DNA of 46,626 bases from a virus. The notes under the pieces are model-generated. The model worked only from the letters and a program-made list of their open reading frames with translations. It searched no databases and was not told where the DNA came from. The DNA is taken from the UHGV virus genome UHGV-0207793. The stretch is one strand, 5' to 3'. Within the stretch, counting starts at the first letter, position 1. Every line of letters starts with the position of its first letter. A program made the translations under genes and the position numbers. This document shows positions 43,562-46,626 of the stretch, one piece after another.

Positions 43562-45024
43562 CAGAATCCACCCCGCTTAGTTGGTTTTTCCTCTTTCTCG
43601 CGCCGGCGCTGACTGGCAGCTTCCTGATCGCAGTCATAAATCGCCCCGTGACGTTGCTCGCAATAGACAACACCAGTCTCACCATGCCTGTTAAGGCGCA
43701 GGAGGAGCTCCGTGTCACTCTGGTTTGCGTTCTCGTCGTAGGCGCCCTCCCGGTATATGGCCAGCCAGTAATCGCAGTCCTGTTCAATCTGCCCGGTGTC
43801 GCGGGAGTCGCTCGGCAAGGGGCGCTTATTGGTTCGCTTCTCAAGCTCACGGTTAAGCTGAGTCAGGAGAACCACGACGCAATCCAGCTCCTTCGCCAGC
43901 GTCTTGAGGCCTTTGGTGATCAGCCCGTAAGCCAGGTCATTTCTCTCTGCCTTATCGGCAGTCATCAGCGTCAGGTAGTCAACGAGGATCATTCCGACCT
44001 TGCCGCGTTCGCGCTTGATGCGACGTGACTCAGCCATAACATGCGCCAGTGAAATGCCCGGGGTGTCATCAATCAGGAGGTTATTGGTGTCAATCAGCGC
44101 TCCCATAACGCCGGTAGCTTTCTTCAGATCGCCGTTCCAGTCGCCGCGATATCCGTAGTCTTCCTTCGTCATATCCGGGTAAAACAGGTTTGGCGAGATC
44201 CGCCCCTTCTGCGCAGTGATTTTCTCCACCATCTGCCCTTCCGGCATTTCCAGAGAAAACATAAGGGCCGGCTCGTTCTCGACCGTCGCGCAGTTAACAC
44301 CCATCTGGGTGTAGAGCGTGGTTTTACCCATCTTCGGGCGTGCGCCGATAACAAACAGGCTGCCGCGCACAATGCGCTTCACACCGAGCAACTCATCCAG
44401 AGAGCGGATCCCGGTAGACAACCCACGGGAACGACCATCCGGCTTGAGCCTTTCGTCGAACTCCGCCGACCAGTCAGTAACAGCGTCATAGAACGTGCGA
44501 AGCCCTGTATGTCGACCTGTTTTTACGTGCTCGGTTATCTCAGTGAATAACCCCTGAATAGCGTCAAATTTCTGCTCTGCCGTCATGCCGTTGCGGGCAT
44601 AAAGCAACTCGATCGCCTTCGTTGTTTTCTCGATGCCGTAGCGCTCCATAGCGGTCTCACGAACACGCATTGCATAGGCCACGATGTTCGCCGCGCTTGG
44701 CGTGTTCTTGGACATTTCAGCCAGGTATGCAAAGCCCCCAACGGTCTCTGTCAGCCCCTTGCTTTCCAGAGCATCAAACAGGGTCAGCAGATCAACCGGC
44801 TTATGGTCCCGGTACATCTGGCGCATTTCAGCGAAAATGACCTGGTGCTGACGCGAGTAGAACGATTCAGGCTTGAGGATAGACAGAACCTTCTGAGTGC
44901 GTTCACTGCTGTCGTCATCCAGCAGAAGTCCGCCAAGTACGCTCTGCTCTGCTTCAATGCTGTGCGGAGGTGTCATGAAATCAGAGGTCATCACAGGCCC
45001 CCTCGCGCGTTTTGGCGTAAACAT
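43561..45024 (-). CDS. replicative DNA helicase, DnaB family
   Basis: PPHSIEAEQSVLGGLLLD N-terminal motif, Walker A GARPKMGKTT, about 480 aa. Confidence 0.9.
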   Translation of the reverse strand: MFTPKRARGPVMTSDFMTPPHSIEAEQSVLGGLLLDDDSSERTQKVLSILKPESFYSRQHQVIFAEMRQMYRDHKPVDLLTLFDALESKGLTETVGGFAYLAEMSKNTPSAANIVAYAMRVRETAMERYGIEKTTKAIELLYARNGMTAEQKFDAIQGLFTEITEHVKTGRHTGLRTFYDAVTDWSAEFDERLKPDGRSRGLSTGIRSLDELLGVKRIVRGSLFVIGARPKMGKTTLYTQMGVNCATVENEPALMFSLEMPEGQMVEKITAQKGRISPNLFYPDMTKEDYGYRGDWNGDLKKATGVMGALIDTNNLLIDDTPGISLAHVMAESRRIKRERGKVGMILVDYLTLMTADKAERNDLAYGLITKGLKTLAKELDCVVVLLTQLNRELEKRTNKRPLPSDSRDTGQIEQDCDYWLAIYREGAYDENANQSDTELLLRLNRHGETGVVYCEQRHGAIYDCDQEAASQRRREKEEKPTKRGGF

Positions 45025-45880
45025 CGACGTTCAGGAAGTATTCCAGCGACTTCCGGCGCCAGGTTTTCCCGGTGCGCTGATCAGGGCGATTCTCAAGCAT
45101 CCAGCGGCAGTTACTGGCGATGTAGCTCAGGTAAGACTCCCAGTCAGCCAGGGTAAAGCTGTGGCCATCAAGCTGACGGGTAATTTTGTTGGCTTTCTGC
45201 CAGAACGAGCGGATCAGGTTGCGGCGCTTATCAGTGAGGACCCTGATGCCCTGCGCTTCCGGTAGCACCTGGTGATAAACATCGACAACCTGCTCACAGC
45301 TGAGAGACTGTTTTTTAGGTTCGGATTTTGGTGACGCTGATGCACTCTCTTCTACGTCAGTAGAAGAGATATTATTTAATATATTGTTTGTGGCACTTTG
45401 TTGGCATTCTGTTGGCACAACCTCGCCGGTACGCAGCGTGGTTACTGGGTTTGCGTTGGCACTTTGTTGGCATTCTGTTGGCACAAAAAATTGCTGATAA
45501 TCGTCATATTTGGTGACGGTTAAGAGTGTAAATTTCTTGTTTGCCAGGGTGGTGATCATGCCCATTTTCGCGAACTTGTTCAGCAGGTACTTAACCCTGT
45601 CAGGTGCTATTCCCGTGTCTTTCGACAGGGTATGTCGCCCGGTGATCACCTGACCGCGGGAAACCGGATACTCACCAAACTCTGTTGTTACCATCCCGTC
45701 AGCTGAATTGACCTCCATGATGAGATGGATCCACAGATGGACGGCTTCACTGTCGGTCTTGTAGAACGGCAGCTCTCTTACTTTACGGTGCAGGAATACC
45801 AACCCCTGCCCTGATGGCTGAGGTTTCTCCATGGGCTTCTGAGACCCTCTAAAATCGGATATGCGGAGAACGTTACTCAC
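44981..45880 (-). CDS. O: replication initiator (lambda O-like) with ori iterons inside gene
   Basis: GTG start after GGAGGAAGG; iterons at 45391-45486 inside ORF; followed by helicase. Confidence 0.75.
   Translation of the reverse strand: MSNVLRISDFRGSQKPMEKPQPSGQGLVFLHRKVRELPFYKTDSEAVHLWIHLIMEVNSADGMVTTEFGEYPVSRGQVITGRHTLSKDTGIAPDRVKYLLNKFAKMGMITTLANKKFTLLTVTKYDDYQQFFVPTECQQSANANPVTTLRTGEVVPTECQQSATNNILNNISSTDVEESASASPKSEPKKQSLSCEQVVDVYHQVLPEAQGIRVLTDKRRNLIRSFWQKANKITRQLDGHSFTLADWESYLSYIASNCRWMLENRPDQRTGKTWRRKSLEYFLNVDVYAKTREGACDDL
45391..45486. repeat. replication origin iterons: two perfect 30-bp direct repeats (TGGCACTTTGTTGGCATTCTGTTGGCACAA), each composed of three TTGGCA-type 11-bp units, flanked by AT-rich DNA
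   Basis: repeats at 45391-45420 and 45457-45486; palindrome TCTCTTCTACGTCAGTAGAAGAGA just upstream. Confidence 0.6.
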
Positions 45881-46019
45881 GGCCTTCCTCCTTCCGTTTC
45901 AGCTCTTCCAGGATGGCGCGCATCTTTTCGGCCACCACTGGATTTACCGAGCGAACAAAACGGTCACGAGTAACATTTTTGTGTGTTTGCGCCTGGTAAA
46001 ATCTGTTGCTCTTAGGCAT
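45873..46019 (-). CDS. 48-aa basic protein between cII and O
   Basis: MPKSNRFYQAQTHKNVTRDRFVRSVNPVVAEKMRAILEELKRKEEGRE; stop overlaps O start codon. Confidence 0.35.
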   Translation of the reverse strand: MPKSNRFYQAQTHKNVTRDRFVRSVNPVVAEKMRAILEELKRKEEGRE

Positions 46020-46104
46020 AATTACTCCTGTGAATTGATCCAGTTAATTCGCGTAGAAAGCCGTTAGTGTTCGCGCACTGCGGCTTTCGCCTTTCTGTTC
46101 CCAC

Positions 46105-46326
46105 TCATGCTTCAAAATCACCTTTCTCTCCCGGCCTGTTAGAAATCAGGATGGCCAGAAGTAGCGACATGTTCGGCAGCAGACTTTCCCGCCAGCGACT
46201 CACCGTCGACTTATTCACTCCGGCCACTTTGGCGATATTTGTGGTTCCCAGTTCAGCTATCTGGCTGTGTAACCAGCTTTCTATCCTGCGAGCCTCCACT
46301 TTGTTGCGTGTCGTTGAACTCTCCAT
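46105..46326 (-). CDS. cII: CII-like transcriptional activator
   Basis: ESWLHSQIAELGTTNIAKVAGVNKSTVSRWRESLLPNMSLLLAIL resembles lambda CII ESALLNKIAMLGTEKTAEAVGVDKSQISRWKRDWIPKFSMLLAVL; the tool's ORF (to 46530) is an upstream extension. Confidence 0.7.
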   Translation of the reverse strand: MESSTTRNKVEARRIESWLHSQIAELGTTNIAKVAGVNKSTVSRWRESLLPNMSLLLAILISNRPGEKGDFEA

Positions 46327-46366
46327 TTGTGATACTTCCTCTGGTGTTGTTTGGTATGGCCGCCAG

Positions 46367-46594
46367 TCAGGCGGCTTTAGGCTTGCTAACTTCCCGGATC
46401 TGCGCAGCAGTAAACTGGCCGCCAGAAGCGAGAGCGATTTTTTCTGCGTAATTGGTCTCGTCGGTGTAGTCCGTTCTCGGCAGGCTTCCGTTGGCAATCC
46501 ACTTGTAAATTGCGCGCGGAGAGCAACCACAGGCTTTAGCTACAACAGGAACGCGAATCTTTTTGATGATTTCGCCAAGACTGTTAGGTGCCAT
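46367..46594 (-). CDS. cro: Cro-like HTH repressor
   Basis: 75-aa ORF divergent from cI, HTH-like AKACGCSPRAIYKWIANG. Confidence 0.6.
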   Translation of the reverse strand: MAPNSLGEIIKKIRVPVVAKACGCSPRAIYKWIANGSLPRTDYTDETNYAEKIALASGGQFTAAQIREVSKPKAA

Positions 46595-46610
46595 GTTTAA
46601 CCCTCAATAA

Positions 46611-46625
46611 TGAACTGTAAGTACA
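46611..46625. promoter_or_regulatory. OR operator-like site TGAACTGTAAGTACA
   Basis: 15-bp near-palindrome sharing half-site TGAAC with sites at 9-23, 42-56 and in OL. Confidence 0.35.
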
Positions 46626-46626
46626 T

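Noticed and set aside
46105-46530. 141-aa version of the cII ORF from the six-frame track
   Set aside because: Upstream 68 residues have no similarity and would overlap cro; CII homology begins at internal Met (46326)
1-46626. CRISPR arrays, rRNA, IS elements/transposases
   Set aside because: No regularly spaced short repeats, no rRNA-like conserved stretches and no transposase-like ORFs were seen

Overview
This 46.6-kb window reads as one complete, circularly permuted lambdoid temperate siphophage genome from an enterobacterial host. It has been linearised inside the cI/cro operator region, so cro at the right end and cI at the left end are divergent neighbours. On the + strand, positions 1-7.8 kb carry the early-left arm: a CI-type repressor with a co-transcribed cargo block, a pL/OL region, small peptides, a Gam-like protein, RecT/Bet, a YqaJ-family exonuclease, a Dam-like methyltransferase, ASCH and TraR/DksA-like proteins, xis, and a tyrosine integrase. 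That arm ends at an attP whose core is the 3' half of a tRNA-Arg(UCU) gene flanked by inverted arm-type repeats. From 46.6 kb back down to about 9.8 kb, everything is on the minus strand in the pR/late direction: cro, cII, replication protein O with ori iterons, a DnaB-type helicase, a nin-like region (NinE/G/H-like proteins plus several unknown small proteins), antiterminator Q, two phage tRNAs (Arg-UCU and an Asn-GUU-like gene), a pinholin + SAR-endolysin + Rz/Rz1 lysis cassette, TerS/TerL, portal, MuF-like, scaffold, major capsid, connector proteins, major tail protein, tape measure, tail tip M/L/K, a J-like host-specificity protein and a beta-helix tailspike. Accessory cargo sits at the usual moron positions. 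Downstream of cI, in the rexAB position, there is a three-gene block (small TM peptide, 144-aa protein, coiled-coil membrane protein). Next to attP there is a LexA-box-controlled two-gene operon ending in an UmuD'-like protein. Also next to attP is an AT-rich small phosphoglycosyl-transferase gene. Inside the tail module there is a P22 immI-like mnt/arc/ant island together with a phd-doc toxin-antitoxin pair and a secreted protein. An HNH-AP2 endonuclease is interrupted by an in-frame opal codon. AT-rich single-gene islands lie in the head, lysis and nin regions. No CRISPR array, rRNA or transposase was seen. All functional calls are from reading motifs in the translated ORFs; no database search could be run.
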